Shown: positions 36,039 to 46,015, numbered from the stretch's first letter. The stretch: DNA of 64,000 bases from an uncultured Clostridia bacterium (GCA_947629945.1 CANRFR010000002.1:519-64518), one strand, 5' to 3'. Program-made: numbers and translations. The notes: generated by a model not told the origin, from the letters alone.

Positions 36039-36941
36039 TCACAGCTTCTTTGTGCTGAACGCAATATATCCGCAATAAGTTCTCCAAATCATACTGTAAT
36101 CCGGATAAACATTATCCTTATATTGAGCGTAGAAGTTTTCCTCCGGTATCGCCGCGCTTTTAACACGTTTTAAATCTCCATTCAGCATAGCCAAGCACAC
36201 TTCAAGGTTGAACGACTTCATCATCTCCGAAAACAGCGGCAACATAACGCGGTCAAGCTCGATAACTTCGCGCTTTACAAGCTTTCTTCCCACGGTCTCC
36301 AGCATCGAATGCTCAATGCAAGTCGTTACGGAATACAACACGCCGTCGGGCATTTCGAAAACGTCGTTATAGCAGAACAGCGGTCCCAGCTTATGCCCCG
36401 AATATCTTTTGCTTAAAAGCTCGGCGTTTACGCCGAAAAGACTTGTGGAGTAACCGCGGATTATGCCGTCAAGTGCGTTTTCCACGCTTTCATTGGCGCT
36501 GCGGCTCCATTTGCTGTGTTCCTTACCGACAATGGCTCTGTCCTCGATAAGAATGTGCGCCGTAAGCCAGCCCGCGCAGACGCCCGCGAAGTGCTCAAGC
36601 GATTCCTTGGAATAACCCTTGGTCTCCATTTCCTTTTCCAACGCGGGAATAACGACATTTTTCATATTGTCGTGTATCTTTTTATGTATAGCGTAGCCGG
36701 AGTAGCCGATTTTTAACTGATACGCTTCCTCCTCGGCAAAATGTTTTGCGGCGTAAGTTTTGAGATATTTTATCGCCTCGATACAAGTGGTCTTGTTGCG
36801 GTCGAAATCGTGGCTGCCGAAATTGCTGATTATTCGCGAAACTATTCTAAACAAATTTCGGCGCGCGTCGTCTATAACATCAACGCCAATATTGTACTCA
36901 TCGCACCATTCAATCTCAATCGAGTTTTGGTCGAGTTCCAT
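36039..36941 (-). CDS. Hemerythrin domain protein with a CheX-like C-terminal domain
   Basis: W..EY.IGV..ID, HFAEEE, HKKIH, WLTAHILIED; the C-terminal domain call is tentative. Confidence 0.75.
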   Translation of the reverse strand: MELDQNSIEIEWCDEYNIGVDVIDDARRNLFRIVSRIISNFGSHDFDRNKTTCIEAIKYLKTYAAKHFAEEEAYQLKIGYSGYAIHKKIHDNMKNVVIPALEKEMETKGYSKESLEHFAGVCAGWLTAHILIEDRAIVGKEHSKWSRSANESVENALDGIIRGYSTSLFGVNAELLSKRYSGHKLGPLFCYNDVFEMPDGVLYSVTTCIEHSMLETVGRKLVKREVIELDRVMLPLFSEMMKSFNLEVCLAMLNGDLKRVKSAAIPEENFYAQYKDNVYPDYSMIWRTYCGYIAFSTKKL

Positions 36942-36984
36942 AAATTACACCCCTTATATTTTTATCCGATAAAGTTCTTTTATT

Positions 36985-37013
36985 ATTATAGCACATTTTA
37001 TGAAAATTGTCAA
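36985..37013 (-). promoter_or_regulatory. SigA promoter of the hemerythrin gene
   Basis: TTGACA-17-TATAAT perfect consensus on the minus strand. Confidence 0.85.
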
Positions 37014-37090
37014 TAAGTACCAAGTTTAATTATTGGACAATTTTAACAATTTTCATAAATTATTCGCCCAAAAATTGGCTAATATCTATA

Positions 37091-37119
37091 TTGCAATACA
37101 TAGTACTGTGTGCTATAAT
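37091..37119 (+). promoter_or_regulatory. SigA promoter of the padR operon with a candidate PadR operator
   Basis: TTGCAA-17-TATAAT; near-palindrome ACATAGTACTGTGT in the spacer. Confidence 0.7.
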
Positions 37120-37163
37120 ATTATTACAAAGAATTGCGGTCAAACCGAAAGGGCGGTGAGTCG

Positions 37164-37511
37164 ATGAATTCACAGATGAAAAGAGGAACGCTGGAACTGT
37201 GCGCGCTTTCCGTGGTCAGCCGCGCGGACTGCTACGGCTACGAGCTTGTGAACCATATCTCGAAATGTATGGAGATAACGGAAGGCACGATATATCCGCT
37301 GATGAAACGTCTGAAAGAAAACGGACTTATTGAAAGCTACATTGTGGAATCGTCCGAAGGTCCGCCTCGAAAATACTATAAAATAACGCAAACGGGAAAA
37401 GAAGAGTTCGCAAGGCTCTCGGAGGAATGGTTTGAATTTACGGCAAGCGTAAGCGAGCTGCTGAAAGGGGAATACGAAAATGATAGCGGAAAACAAAGCG
37501 GAGTTTCTTGA
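37164..37511 (+). CDS. PadR-family transcriptional regulator
   Basis: QMKRGTLELC, YGYEL, EGTIYPL..RL, GPPRKYY.IT..G. Confidence 0.93.
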   Translation: MNSQMKRGTLELCALSVVSRADCYGYELVNHISKCMEITEGTIYPLMKRLKENGLIESYIVESSEGPPRKYYKITQTGKEEFARLSEEWFEFTASVSELLKGEYENDSGKQSGVS

Positions 37512-38667
37512 ACAGCTCGGAGTGGAACTTAAAAGGCTCGGCGTGGAGGACGCGTCCGAACTTATGACAGATTTTGAGGAGCACTTCGCCGAGGGTGCGC
37601 GGCGCGGACTTTCGGAAGCCGAAATATGCCGCGAACTGGGCAATATACGCGAGATAGCGCGAAGCTGTCTGGATATAAAAAGTTCTATGATAAACAGTAT
37701 GGTGGCGCGGGACGTTCAGCGCAAAAAAGTGAGCCTTACAAAGCCGGGGCGCTCCGTTCCCGCAGACCCGTCGCTTAAATCCAAAGCCGGAGAGGACTGT
37801 GTGCGCTCGTACACCCCCGATCATTTTTCGGAAGAAATATATCCTAATTCCACGCCTAAATCAAACTCAAATGCCGGTTCTTTCGGTACGGGCAATTCGT
37901 CGAGCAAAAACGCGGCAGCCGCTAATGCGGGAGCGTCCTCAAAAGCGGGCACAAGCGGACGGACTTCCTCTGGAGCGGGCGGTAAAAGCGGCACCTTTGA
38001 AAAAATCGGCAAAACCGTAGACGAGGTTTGCGACAAGGCGGGAAAAGCCCTTAACAATGCGTTCGGAAAGGCGGAGGACGCTATGAACAAAGCCGGAACC
38101 GCCGTAAACGGAGCCATGGGCAAAGCCGGAACCGCAGTAAACGGCGCAATGGGCAAAGCGGGAAACGCCGTTGGCGACGCAATGAACAAGGCGGGAAAAG
38201 CTGTGGGCAATGCGGCGCGTAATTTCCGCCCAAGCGACAGCTACCGCAAACACACAAACAACGACAGGCGCGGCGGCGACATTCCTCCGCAGTTTACAAA
38301 GGCGAAAACAAAGGGCGGCTATAAGTTCGTTGACGTTTCGGAATTAAAACGCAATGTAAACAAGGAAAAACTCACTTTCGAGATAGTGCTGGATGTTCTT
38401 TTGTGGCTGTGGGTGTTGCCTGCGGTTTGCGCAGTGGCGCTGGCGGTTTTTGCGGGGGCGATAGCTCTTGCAATGCAGGGCGTATATTGCTTGGCGGGAC
38501 ACGGTGATTTTGTTGGGTTCGTACCGATTACGCGAATATTTTTCACGGTGGGATTTTTCGCTCTCGCGACGGCAGTGTTCAACATAGGTCTGCTGCTTTT
38601 TAAAGCCGCCATGTCTCTTGTAAGATACATTATAACGCGCCACGTTAAGGCAATTTACGATATATAA
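37480..38667 (+). CDS. DUF1700/HAAS-domain membrane protein
   Basis: NKAEFLEQL...DFEEHFAEG...SEAEI..ELG N-terminus; C-terminal TMs; canonical context after padR. Confidence 0.8.
   Translation: MIAENKAEFLEQLGVELKRLGVEDASELMTDFEEHFAEGARRGLSEAEICRELGNIREIARSCLDIKSSMINSMVARDVQRKKVSLTKPGRSVPADPSLKSKAGEDCVRSYTPDHFSEEIYPNSTPKSNSNAGSFGTGNSSSKNAAAANAGASSKAGTSGRTSSGAGGKSGTFEKIGKTVDEVCDKAGKALNNAFGKAEDAMNKAGTAVNGAMGKAGTAVNGAMGKAGNAVGDAMNKAGKAVGNAARNFRPSDSYRKHTNNDRRGGDIPPQFTKAKTKGGYKFVDVSELKRNVNKEKLTFEIVLDVLLWLWVLPAVCAVALAVFAGAIALAMQGVYCLAGHGDFVGFVPITRIFFTVGFFALATAVFNIGLLLFKAAMSLVRYIITRHVKAIYDI
38002..38220 (+). repeat. 33-bp (11-aa) repeats KAGxAVxxAMx
   Basis: Units start at 38002, 38035, 38068 (7-aa partial), 38089, 38122, 38155, 38188. 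Confidence 0.85.
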
Positions 38668-38681
38668 AGGAGGCTGCATTT

Positions 38682-39956
38682 ATGGTAAAAGCGCTTATCG
38701 CTTCAATAATTACCGCGGCGGTATTCTTTACGCTGGGCGGTATCACCGTTTTGATATTCAGAGGTTCCGATTCCGAACCGGTGCATACCGATCACGGACA
38801 AGTAAACGTTCCGTTTTCGGGTGATTCGGTCGTAACATTGATAGATGAAAAGGTCTTGGGAAGCAAGGAATTTAAGCTAAGCAAAGTGCAGTATATAACT
38901 CAGCTTTTCGTAGATTCTTCGGACGTTAAAACATATATCGCGCTTTCAAACGACAACAATGTGACCGTTTCGGTTGACAGCGGCACAAGCGCAAACGCCG
39001 TGAAAGTTAAAGCGGAAATGGATCCGTTTGAAAGCAGATTTGACATAACCGTCGATAAGGATTGTTTTTTGGGAATAGACATAGGCGATTCAACGGTTAC
39101 GCTCTCGCTGCCCGATACGATTTACGATAATCTGAATCTTACCTTGGGCAGCGGCACGCTTCAGGCAAAGGACATTAGAGCGCGGCAAAACGAGTTTGAT
39201 ATAGGCTCGGGCACATTTGAACTTTCGCAAAAAGAAAACTTCTCCGCCGAACTTATGAAAATTGATATCGGCTCCGGCTCGGTAAAAATCGCCAACGCCG
39301 ATTCAGAAATCTATAATGTTGATATGGGTTCGGGCAGTTTCAATATAAGCGGCTTGACAGGCAGCGGCGATATAAATATGGGCAGCGGAAAAGGTATTGT
39401 CGAATTTGCGAAATTAGGTTCGCTGCAAAACAATATTACGCTCGGCAGCGGCTCGCTTTCCGTTTATGTTCCCTCCGACGCGAAATCCGACCTTTATACG
39501 GATATCGGTTCGGGAAAAGTCAAAGTCGAGTGCTGCGACGTTTCGCAATCTCTGAAAAACAACGGTCACGTTGCCTTTAACGGCGGTCACGATATGCAGC
39601 AATACGCCCAATACAACGATGAAGATGACGAGGATATTGATTATGACGCTTATCGAGACGGTCTCGATGAGATTTATGTGGACTTAGGCTCGGGAAAGGT
39701 TACATTTTATGATACTTCCGAGTTCAAGCCGCCGCAGATGTTCGAGGACTTCCCCGAAGATACAAACAGCATTCCCGATAACGCCAGCGTAGGTGTTCAA
39801 AACAATACAGAAGCAAACGTTACAGAAGACAGCAAAACAAACGCTACCGAAAACGTTGAAGCAGACGCTGCACAAACCGCTGAACCAAACGCTCTGGAAA
39901 ACGTCGAAGCAGACGCTGCACAAACCGCTGAACCAAACGCTCCAGAAAACATCTGA
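38682..39956 (+). CDS. DUF4097 beta-strand repeat protein
   Basis: N-terminal TM; many xxGSGx repeats (LGSG, IGSG, MGSG). Confidence 0.85.
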   Translation: MVKALIASIITAAVFFTLGGITVLIFRGSDSEPVHTDHGQVNVPFSGDSVVTLIDEKVLGSKEFKLSKVQYITQLFVDSSDVKTYIALSNDNNVTVSVDSGTSANAVKVKAEMDPFESRFDITVDKDCFLGIDIGDSTVTLSLPDTIYDNLNLTLGSGTLQAKDIRARQNEFDIGSGTFELSQKENFSAELMKIDIGSGSVKIANADSEIYNVDMGSGSFNISGLTGSGDINMGSGKGIVEFAKLGSLQNNITLGSGSLSVYVPSDAKSDLYTDIGSGKVKVECCDVSQSLKNNGHVAFNGGHDMQQYAQYNDEDDEDIDYDAYRDGLDEIYVDLGSGKVTFYDTSEFKPPQMFEDFPEDTNSIPDNASVGVQNNTEANVTEDSKTNATENVEADAAQTAEPNALENVEADAAQTAEPNAPENI

Positions 39957-40034
39957 GCAAACGCCTCGCAAATCATTGAACCTAACGCTCCCGAAAACAT
40001 CTAAGCAAACACCTCGCAAATCATTTAATAAAAC
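39795..40034 (+). repeat. 24-bp tandem array (48-bp higher-order unit) running through the DUF4097 stop codon
   Basis: About 10 units, e.g. gctgcacaaaccgctgaaccaaac x2 exact. Confidence 0.85.
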
Positions 40035-40052
40035 GTTGGCGAAAGATTGAAC

Positions 40053-40090
40053 AAACAAGCGCGAACCGCACATACGGTTCGCGCTTGTTT
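40053..40090. terminator. Bidirectional terminator
   Basis: 16-bp perfect stem AAACAAGCGCGAACCG/CGGTTCGCGCTTGTTT. Confidence 0.85.
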
Positions 40091-41141
40091 ATTTACCGCC
40101 CGTTTTTCCGCGGTGAACGGCGCGCCCCGCGTCAATAAGTAAAATCGCGCACATCAAAAGCACGCAGACCGAAAGCACGGCGTTTTTGGAAAACGGCTCG
40201 ACAGCGGAGCCGTTTGCAAGCGTTTCGGCTGCCGCGGGCGGAAAGTTCTTCGCGAACGGCAAGGCGATAAGCGCACTTAAAACGGCAGCGGCGGCTCTGG
40301 AGATCAAGAAGCCTTTAAGCGGGATATCGGCGGCGATTGCTCGTATCTGCATTATCACGCATATCCCGCCAAACGAGAGAAGCGCGGCGCAAAATACGAA
40401 AGCGTGTTCCGAAGAAGAAATACCTCTTATCCTTGTGACCTCCAGCAGCGCGGGAAGTATCTCGTCTGAGCCGAATGCGGCGCTGAAAAGCGAATAAACG
40501 CCGATTTTCTTAAGAACTGCCGAAATCGCCGCAAAGCCCGTTATCATAGCGCAGACCGTAAACATTACCCGCGCCGCGCCCGAAACCGAAGATATAAGAG
40601 TTTGCGAGTTAAGCTCGAAACGGTTGGGCGCGTCCGTAAGGGTAAATTTACAGCGTGCGCTCATAAACGCGGCGATAAGCAGCGATGAGCAAAAACAAAT
40701 TCCGAACAACGCTAGTCCCGCTTTTGCGCTGCCGAAAATCCTCATTCCCGCAATGCCTATCATAAAACCCGGACCGCTGCCAAAGCAAAAGCACAACATC
40801 TCCCCCGCGTTTTTTCGCGAAAGACGACCTTGAGCTACAAGTTCCGAAAGCAGCTTCGCCCCCACGGGATAACCGCCGACGTTCGACAACACAAAAACCG
40901 CGCAAAGTTCCTCGTCAAGCCGCAGCAGCTTTGAAAGCGGAAACGTTATCGGTCTTAGAGCAACTCGGTATAATCCGCTTTTCTGCAAATAAACCGCCAA
41001 TATCGTGAACGCGAACAGGCTCGGCACGACAACCTCAAGACAGCTCTCCGCCGAAACGCGCACGGCTTCGGAAACGGCTTCCGGGCTTATCAGAAGAACG
41101 ACTGCCGCAACAGCGCTCAATATAGATAATATGTATTTCAT
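40089..41141 (-). CDS. ylbJ: Sporulation integral membrane protein YlbJ-like
   Basis: CLEVVVPSLFAF, GGYPVGAK, FCFGSGPGF, LEVTRG, FGGICV..Q. Confidence 0.8.
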   Translation of the reverse strand: MKYILSILSAVAAVVLLISPEAVSEAVRVSAESCLEVVVPSLFAFTILAVYLQKSGLYRVALRPITFPLSKLLRLDEELCAVFVLSNVGGYPVGAKLLSELVAQGRLSRKNAGEMLCFCFGSGPGFMIGIAGMRIFGSAKAGLALFGICFCSSLLIAAFMSARCKFTLTDAPNRFELNSQTLISSVSGAARVMFTVCAMITGFAAISAVLKKIGVYSLFSAAFGSDEILPALLEVTRIRGISSSEHAFVFCAALLSFGGICVIMQIRAIAADIPLKGFLISRAAAAVLSALIALPFAKNFPPAAAETLANGSAVEPFSKNAVLSVCVLLMCAILLIDAGRAVHRGKTGGK

Positions 41142-41151
41142 ATTCCGCTCC

Positions 41152-41532
41152 TTATTTATTCGCCGAGGAATTTACTCCCGAAACGCCGCCCACCGCGGCA
41201 AACGCAACGCACAGCGCGGCTTTCAGCACGGTGTTGTCTGCAGAGCGCGAAAAGATCAGCGTAAAAACGAGCATCGGCACGCAAAACAGAACGCCGCACA
41301 ATATGCCCGTTTTAAGTCCGTCTCTTTGACGGATAAAGCCCGCAATCTTTCCGCAGATGAACGCGCCCGCGGCAAGCGAAATGACCGCCGCCGCGCCCGC
41401 CGCCTTTGAAGCGGTCTTCATAAAAGACAATATAAGCGCCGCGGGAAACACCGTCAAGATCACCGCCGCATATCCCAGCAGCGTTCCCAGCAAATACGGC
41501 TTCAGCTTGTCGTTTCGCTTATTTTTTCGCAT
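41152..41532 (-). CDS. TIGR04086-like small membrane protein
   Basis: 4 TM; G.IAG..RQRDGLKTGIL.G and A..GGV.G motifs. Confidence 0.7.
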   Translation of the reverse strand: MRKNKRNDKLKPYLLGTLLGYAAVILTVFPAALILSFMKTASKAAGAAAVISLAAGAFICGKIAGFIRQRDGLKTGILCGVLFCVPMLVFTLIFSRSADNTVLKAALCVAFAAVGGVSGVNSSANK

Positions 41533-41797
41533 TTCATCACCCCTTGTATTTTATGCGGGGGCTGTACGGGTTAGAAGCGTTCTATGCGGTTAGCTTTGGC
41601 TAATAAAGTCAATCAAATCGATATATTTTGACGAGATTTGTGCAAAACCAACAAAAAAATCGCTGTAAATTCTACATGGAAATATTTCACATTAAGGTGC
41701 TTAAATCTAGATTTTTTGCGGTTTATATGATATAATATATAGTAACATATCGTGTTTAACATATACGATAAATCAAGATACAGGAGGCTAATTACAT

Positions 41798-42292
41798 ATG
41801 GCTTTAAAAAAGAGCGCGGTTCCGTTTTCGGGAACGCCCGAACAGGAGCAGCGGCTGCGCGCGGTCATCGCCGAACATAAGGACGATCCGGGCGCGCTTA
41901 TGCCGATACTCCAAAAAGCACAGGACATCTACGGCTATTTGCCCATAGAGGTGCAGACGATGATAGCGAACGCTATGGATATACCGCTTGAAAAGGTATA
42001 CGGCGTAGTTACATTCTACGCGCAGTTCTCGATAAACCCCAAAGGACAGTACAAGATATCGGTATGCTTGGGTACGGCTTGCTATGTCAAGGGTTCGGGC
42101 GATATTTTCAACAAGCTCCAGGAAAAGCTAGGCATAGGCAGCGGAGAGATAACTCCCGACGGAAAATTCTCGCTGGACGCTTGCCGCTGCATTGGCGCGT
42201 GCGGACTTGCTCCCGTGCTTACGGTCAACGAGGACGTTTACGGCAGACTTACCGTGGACGACGTGGACAAGATACTTGAAAAATACAACTGA
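41798..42292 (+). CDS. hydC: [FeFe]-hydrogenase 2Fe-2S subunit (NuoE-like)
   Basis: LQKAQ..YGYLP, VYGVVTFY, VCLGTACYVKG, CRCIGACGLAP. Confidence 0.92.
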   Translation: MALKKSAVPFSGTPEQEQRLRAVIAEHKDDPGALMPILQKAQDIYGYLPIEVQTMIANAMDIPLEKVYGVVTFYAQFSINPKGQYKISVCLGTACYVKGSGDIFNKLQEKLGIGSGEITPDGKFSLDACRCIGACGLAPVLTVNEDVYGRLTVDDVDKILEKYN

Positions 42293-42354
42293 TTCGCGGG
42301 CTTGAAAAAAGCGGTTCGCAAATTTTAATTTAAAATAAGAAAGGAAATCCGCTT

Positions 42355-44229
42355 ATGGATAGAATAAACACATTAGACGAGCTTAACGCCGTTAAAGCCA
42401 AAGCCGCGGAGGTCGTGAACGTCCGCGTTGAGGGCAAGGATAACGGCGTTAAGGACGTTTTGGTCTGCGGCGGTACGGGCTGTACGTCGTCAGGCTCTAT
42501 GAAGATAATCGAGAAGCTTGAGGAGGAGATAAAGCTTCAAGGTCTCGAGGGAAAGGTGAACGTTATCAAAACGGGCTGCTTCGGCTTATGCGCGCTGGGT
42601 CCGATTATGATAGTTTATCCCGAAGGCACGTTCTACTCAAAGACCGAGCTTTCGCATATTCCCGAAATAGTTGAGAGCCATTTGAAAAACGGCGTTCCCG
42701 TGAAGAAATATCTCTACGCCGAGACCGTTGAGGGCGACACAATAAAATCGCTGAACGAAACTTCGTTCTACGCGCACCAGCACCGCGTGGCGCTTCGCAA
42801 CTGCGGACTTATCTCTCCCGAACACATTGAGGAATACATAGCCAGAGACGGTTATCAGGCGCTGCACAAGGTTCTTACAACGATGTCGCCGGATGACGTT
42901 ATCGATGTAATGCTGAAGAGCGGACTTCGCGGACGCGGCGGCGCGGGCTTCCCGACGGGCAGAAAATGGCAGTTCGCAAAGGCTTCGCAGAACGAGCAGA
43001 AATACGTTTGCTGCAACGCCGACGAGGGCGACCCCGGCGCGTTTATGGACCGCTCCGTTTTGGAGGGCGACCCGCACACCGTTATCGAGGCAATGGCGAT
43101 AGCGGGCTACACGATCGGCGCGAACCAAGGCTACATTTATGTAAGAGCGGAATATCCCATTGCCGTTGAGCGTTTGGAGATTGCGATAAAGCAAGCGGAA
43201 GAAGCGGGAATGCTCGGCGACAACATCTTCGGCACGGGATTCTCTTTCCATTTAGGACTGAGACTTGGCGCGGGCGCGTTCGTCTGCGGCGAGGAGACTG
43301 CGCTTATGACCTCTATCGAGGGCAAGCGCGGCGAACCGAGATGCCGTCCGCCGTTCCCCGCCGTAAAAGGTCTGTTCGGCAAACCCACCGTACTCAACAA
43401 TGTTGAGACTTACGCAAACGTCTGTCAGATAATTCTGAACGGCGCGGACTGGTTCGCTTCAATGGGTACGGAGAAGTCCAAGGGCACGAAAGTATTCGCG
43501 CTCGGCGGTAAAATTCACAACACCGGTCTTGTCGAGGTTCCTATGGGAACGACGCTCCGCACGGTCATTGAGGACATCGGCGGCGGCATACCGAACGGCA
43601 AGAAGTTTAAGGCGGCGCAGACGGGCGGACCGTCGGGCGGCTGCATACCTCCCCAGCATTTGGATATCCCGATTGATTACGACAACCTGATCTCCATTGG
43701 CTCTATGATGGGTTCGGGCGGACTTATCGTAATGGACGAGGACAACTGTATGGTGGATATCGCGAAGTTCTTCCTCGAGTTCACCGTTGACGAAAGCTGC
43801 GGCAAGTGCACGCCGTGCCGTATCGGTACTAAGAGAATGTATGAGATACTCACCAAAATCACCGAGGGCAAGGCTACTATGGAAGACCTTGACAAGTTGG
43901 AGAAGCTTTGCTACTACATCAAGGACAACGCGCTGTGCGGTCTCGGACAAACCGCTCCGAATCCCGTGCTTTCGACTTTGCGCTACTTCCGCGACGAATA
44001 CGTTGCTCACGTTAAGGACAAGAGATGTCCCGCGGGCGTGTGCAAGAGCCTGCTTGCGTACTATATCCGCACCGACCTCTGCAAGGGCTGCTCGCTCTGC
44101 GCGAAGAAGTGCCCTGTTGGCGCTATCAGCGGCGAACTGAGAAGCCCGTTCAAGATCGACACGGACAAGTGCATAAAGTGCGGCGTCTGCGCTTCCAACT
44201 GCAAGTTCGGCGCTATTCAGAAGATATGA
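42355..44229 (+). CDS. hydB: [FeFe]-hydrogenase NADH/FMN subunit (NuoF-like) with N-terminal thioredoxin-like 2Fe-2S and C-terminal 2x4Fe-4S
   Basis: LRGRGGAGFPTG, CNADEGDPGAFMDR, GAFVCGEETAL, ESCGKCTPCRIG. Confidence 0.94.
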   Translation: MDRINTLDELNAVKAKAAEVVNVRVEGKDNGVKDVLVCGGTGCTSSGSMKIIEKLEEEIKLQGLEGKVNVIKTGCFGLCALGPIMIVYPEGTFYSKTELSHIPEIVESHLKNGVPVKKYLYAETVEGDTIKSLNETSFYAHQHRVALRNCGLISPEHIEEYIARDGYQALHKVLTTMSPDDVIDVMLKSGLRGRGGAGFPTGRKWQFAKASQNEQKYVCCNADEGDPGAFMDRSVLEGDPHTVIEAMAIAGYTIGANQGYIYVRAEYPIAVERLEIAIKQAEEAGMLGDNIFGTGFSFHLGLRLGAGAFVCGEETALMTSIEGKRGEPRCRPPFPAVKGLFGKPTVLNNVETYANVCQIILNGADWFASMGTEKSKGTKVFALGGKIHNTGLVEVPMGTTLRTVIEDIGGGIPNGKKFKAAQTGGPSGGCIPPQHLDIPIDYDNLISIGSMMGSGGLIVMDEDNCMVDIAKFFLEFTVDESCGKCTPCRIGTKRMYEILTKITEGKATMEDLDKLEKLCYYIKDNALCGLGQTAPNPVLSTLRYFRDEYVAHVKDKRCPAGVCKSLLAYYIRTDLCKGCSLCAKKCPVGAISGELRSPFKIDTDKCIKCGVCASNCKFGAIQKI

Positions 44230-44252
44230 GAATTTGGGAGGAATAAAGAATT

Positions 44253-45998
44253 ATGGCTAATGTAAACATCAAAATCAACGGTGTGGATTATTCCGTTCCC
44301 GAAGGCTCTACCATTCTTGAAGCGGCAAGATACGCGGGAATTAAAATACCTACGCTGTGCTATTTAAAAGACATTAACGCGATAGGCGCTTGCCGTATCT
44401 GCGTTGTTGAAGTTAAAGGTGCGAGAACTCTTGTCGCGTCTTGCGTATATCCGGTAAACGAGGGTATGGAGATCACGACCAACTCTCCGAAAGTTCTGGA
44501 GAGCCGCAAGACAACCTTGGAGCTTATCATCTCCAACCACAAGAAAGAGTGCCTTTCCTGTAAGAGAAGCGGCACCTGTGAACTTCAGGCGCTCTGCAAT
44601 GAATACGGTATCGACGAGAACAAGTTCGCGGGCGAAAATCCCGCCGTTGAGATAGACGATTCCGCGGCGCACATGATCCGCGACAACTCCAAGTGCATAC
44701 TTTGCCGCCGCTGCGTTGCCGCTTGCGGAATTACTCAAGGCATCGGAGTTATCGGCGCGAACGAGCGCGGATTTGCTACTCAGATAGCTTCGCCGTTCGA
44801 TATGACGCTCGCGGAGACCGCTTGCGTATCTTGCGGACAGTGCATTATCGCGTGCCCGACAGGCGCGCTCACCGAAAAGGACGACACGGACAAGATTTTG
44901 GACGCTATCGCAGACCCGACAAAAACTGTCGTTGTTCAGCCCGCGCCCGCTGTTCGCGCGTCTTTGGGCGAGGCTTTCGGATATCCTATCGGCACGAACG
45001 TCGAGGGCAAGATGTACGCGGCGCTCCGCAGACTCGGCTTCGATAAGGTTTTCGACACCAACTTCTCCGCCGACCTTACCATTATGGAAGAAGCGCACGA
45101 GTTCCTTGACAGAGTTCAGAACGGCGGCACTTTGCCGATGATAACGTCTTGCTCTCCGGGTTGGGTGCGCTACTGCGAGAACTACTTCCCCGAGTTTATC
45201 CCGAACCTGTCGACGTGCAAGTCGCCGCAGCAGATGTTCGGTGCGATCGTAAAGACCTATTACGCTCAAAAACTGGGCAAGAGCCCCGAGGACATAGTTT
45301 CCGTATCGGTAATGCCGTGCACCGCGAAGAAATTCGAGAAGATAAGAAAAGATCAGTCGGCGGCGGGTATCCCCGACGTGGACATTTCGATAACCACTCG
45401 CGAGCTTGCTCATCTTATTGAGAAAGAGGGCATAATGTTCCGCGATTTGCCCGACGAGCAGCCCGACAGTCCGCTCGGAACTTACACGGGCGCGGGAGTT
45501 ATCTTCGGCGCAACAGGCGGCGTTATGGAAGCGGCTCTTCGTACGGCGGCTTGGAAGCTCTCGGGCGAAAACAACGACGCGCCCATTGACTTCAAGGAAG
45601 TTCGCGGCGTTGAGGGTATCAAGACCGCCGAGTACACCGTTGGCGACAAGACGGTTCGCGTTGCGGTTGCAAGCGGACTTGCGAACGCCAAGGAACTCTT
45701 GAAGAAGGTCAAGGCAGGCGAGATGAACGTTGATTTCATTGAAATTATGGCTTGCCCGGGCGGCTGCGTAAACGGCGGCGGACAGATAATCCAGCCCGCG
45801 AGCGTTCGCAACTTTACGGATATCAGAGCAGAACGCGCTAAGGTGCTTTATGGTATCGACGAAAACGCGAAGCTCCGCCGTTCTCACGAAAACCCCGACA
45901 TTCAAGCGCTTTACAAGGAGTTCCTCGGCGAACCCAATTCTCACAAAGCGCACGAAATTCTTCACACAAGCTACAGAGCGCAAGATCTTTACAGATAA
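44253..45998 (+). CDS. hydA: Group A [FeFe]-hydrogenase catalytic subunit (heterotrimeric, probably electron-bifurcating)
   Basis: H-cluster motifs TSCSPGW, MPCTAKKFE, EIMACPGGCVNGGGQ; N-terminal 2Fe-2S and 4Fe-4S modules. Confidence 0.96.
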   Translation: MANVNIKINGVDYSVPEGSTILEAARYAGIKIPTLCYLKDINAIGACRICVVEVKGARTLVASCVYPVNEGMEITTNSPKVLESRKTTLELIISNHKKECLSCKRSGTCELQALCNEYGIDENKFAGENPAVEIDDSAAHMIRDNSKCILCRRCVAACGITQGIGVIGANERGFATQIASPFDMTLAETACVSCGQCIIACPTGALTEKDDTDKILDAIADPTKTVVVQPAPAVRASLGEAFGYPIGTNVEGKMYAALRRLGFDKVFDTNFSADLTIMEEAHEFLDRVQNGGTLPMITSCSPGWVRYCENYFPEFIPNLSTCKSPQQMFGAIVKTYYAQKLGKSPEDIVSVSVMPCTAKKFEKIRKDQSAAGIPDVDISITTRELAHLIEKEGIMFRDLPDEQPDSPLGTYTGAGVIFGATGGVMEAALRTAAWKLSGENNDAPIDFKEVRGVEGIKTAEYTVGDKTVRVAVASGLANAKELLKKVKAGEMNVDFIEIMACPGGCVNGGGQIIQPASVRNFTDIRAERAKVLYGIDENAKLRRSHENPDIQALYKEFLGEPNSHKAHEILHTSYRAQDLYR

Positions 45999-46015
45999 TC
46001 TTCGATAAATAAAGT

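Noticed and set aside
41675-41692. Rex-like site CATGGAA-ATAT-TTCACAT upstream of hydCBA
   Set aside because: Only one half-site matches TTGTGAA-N4-TTCACAA; biologically plausible but not supportable by eye.
45146-45169. TSCSPGW instead of TSCCPxW in hydrogenase motif L1
   Set aside because: A known common variant in Firmicute group A enzymes; not novel.
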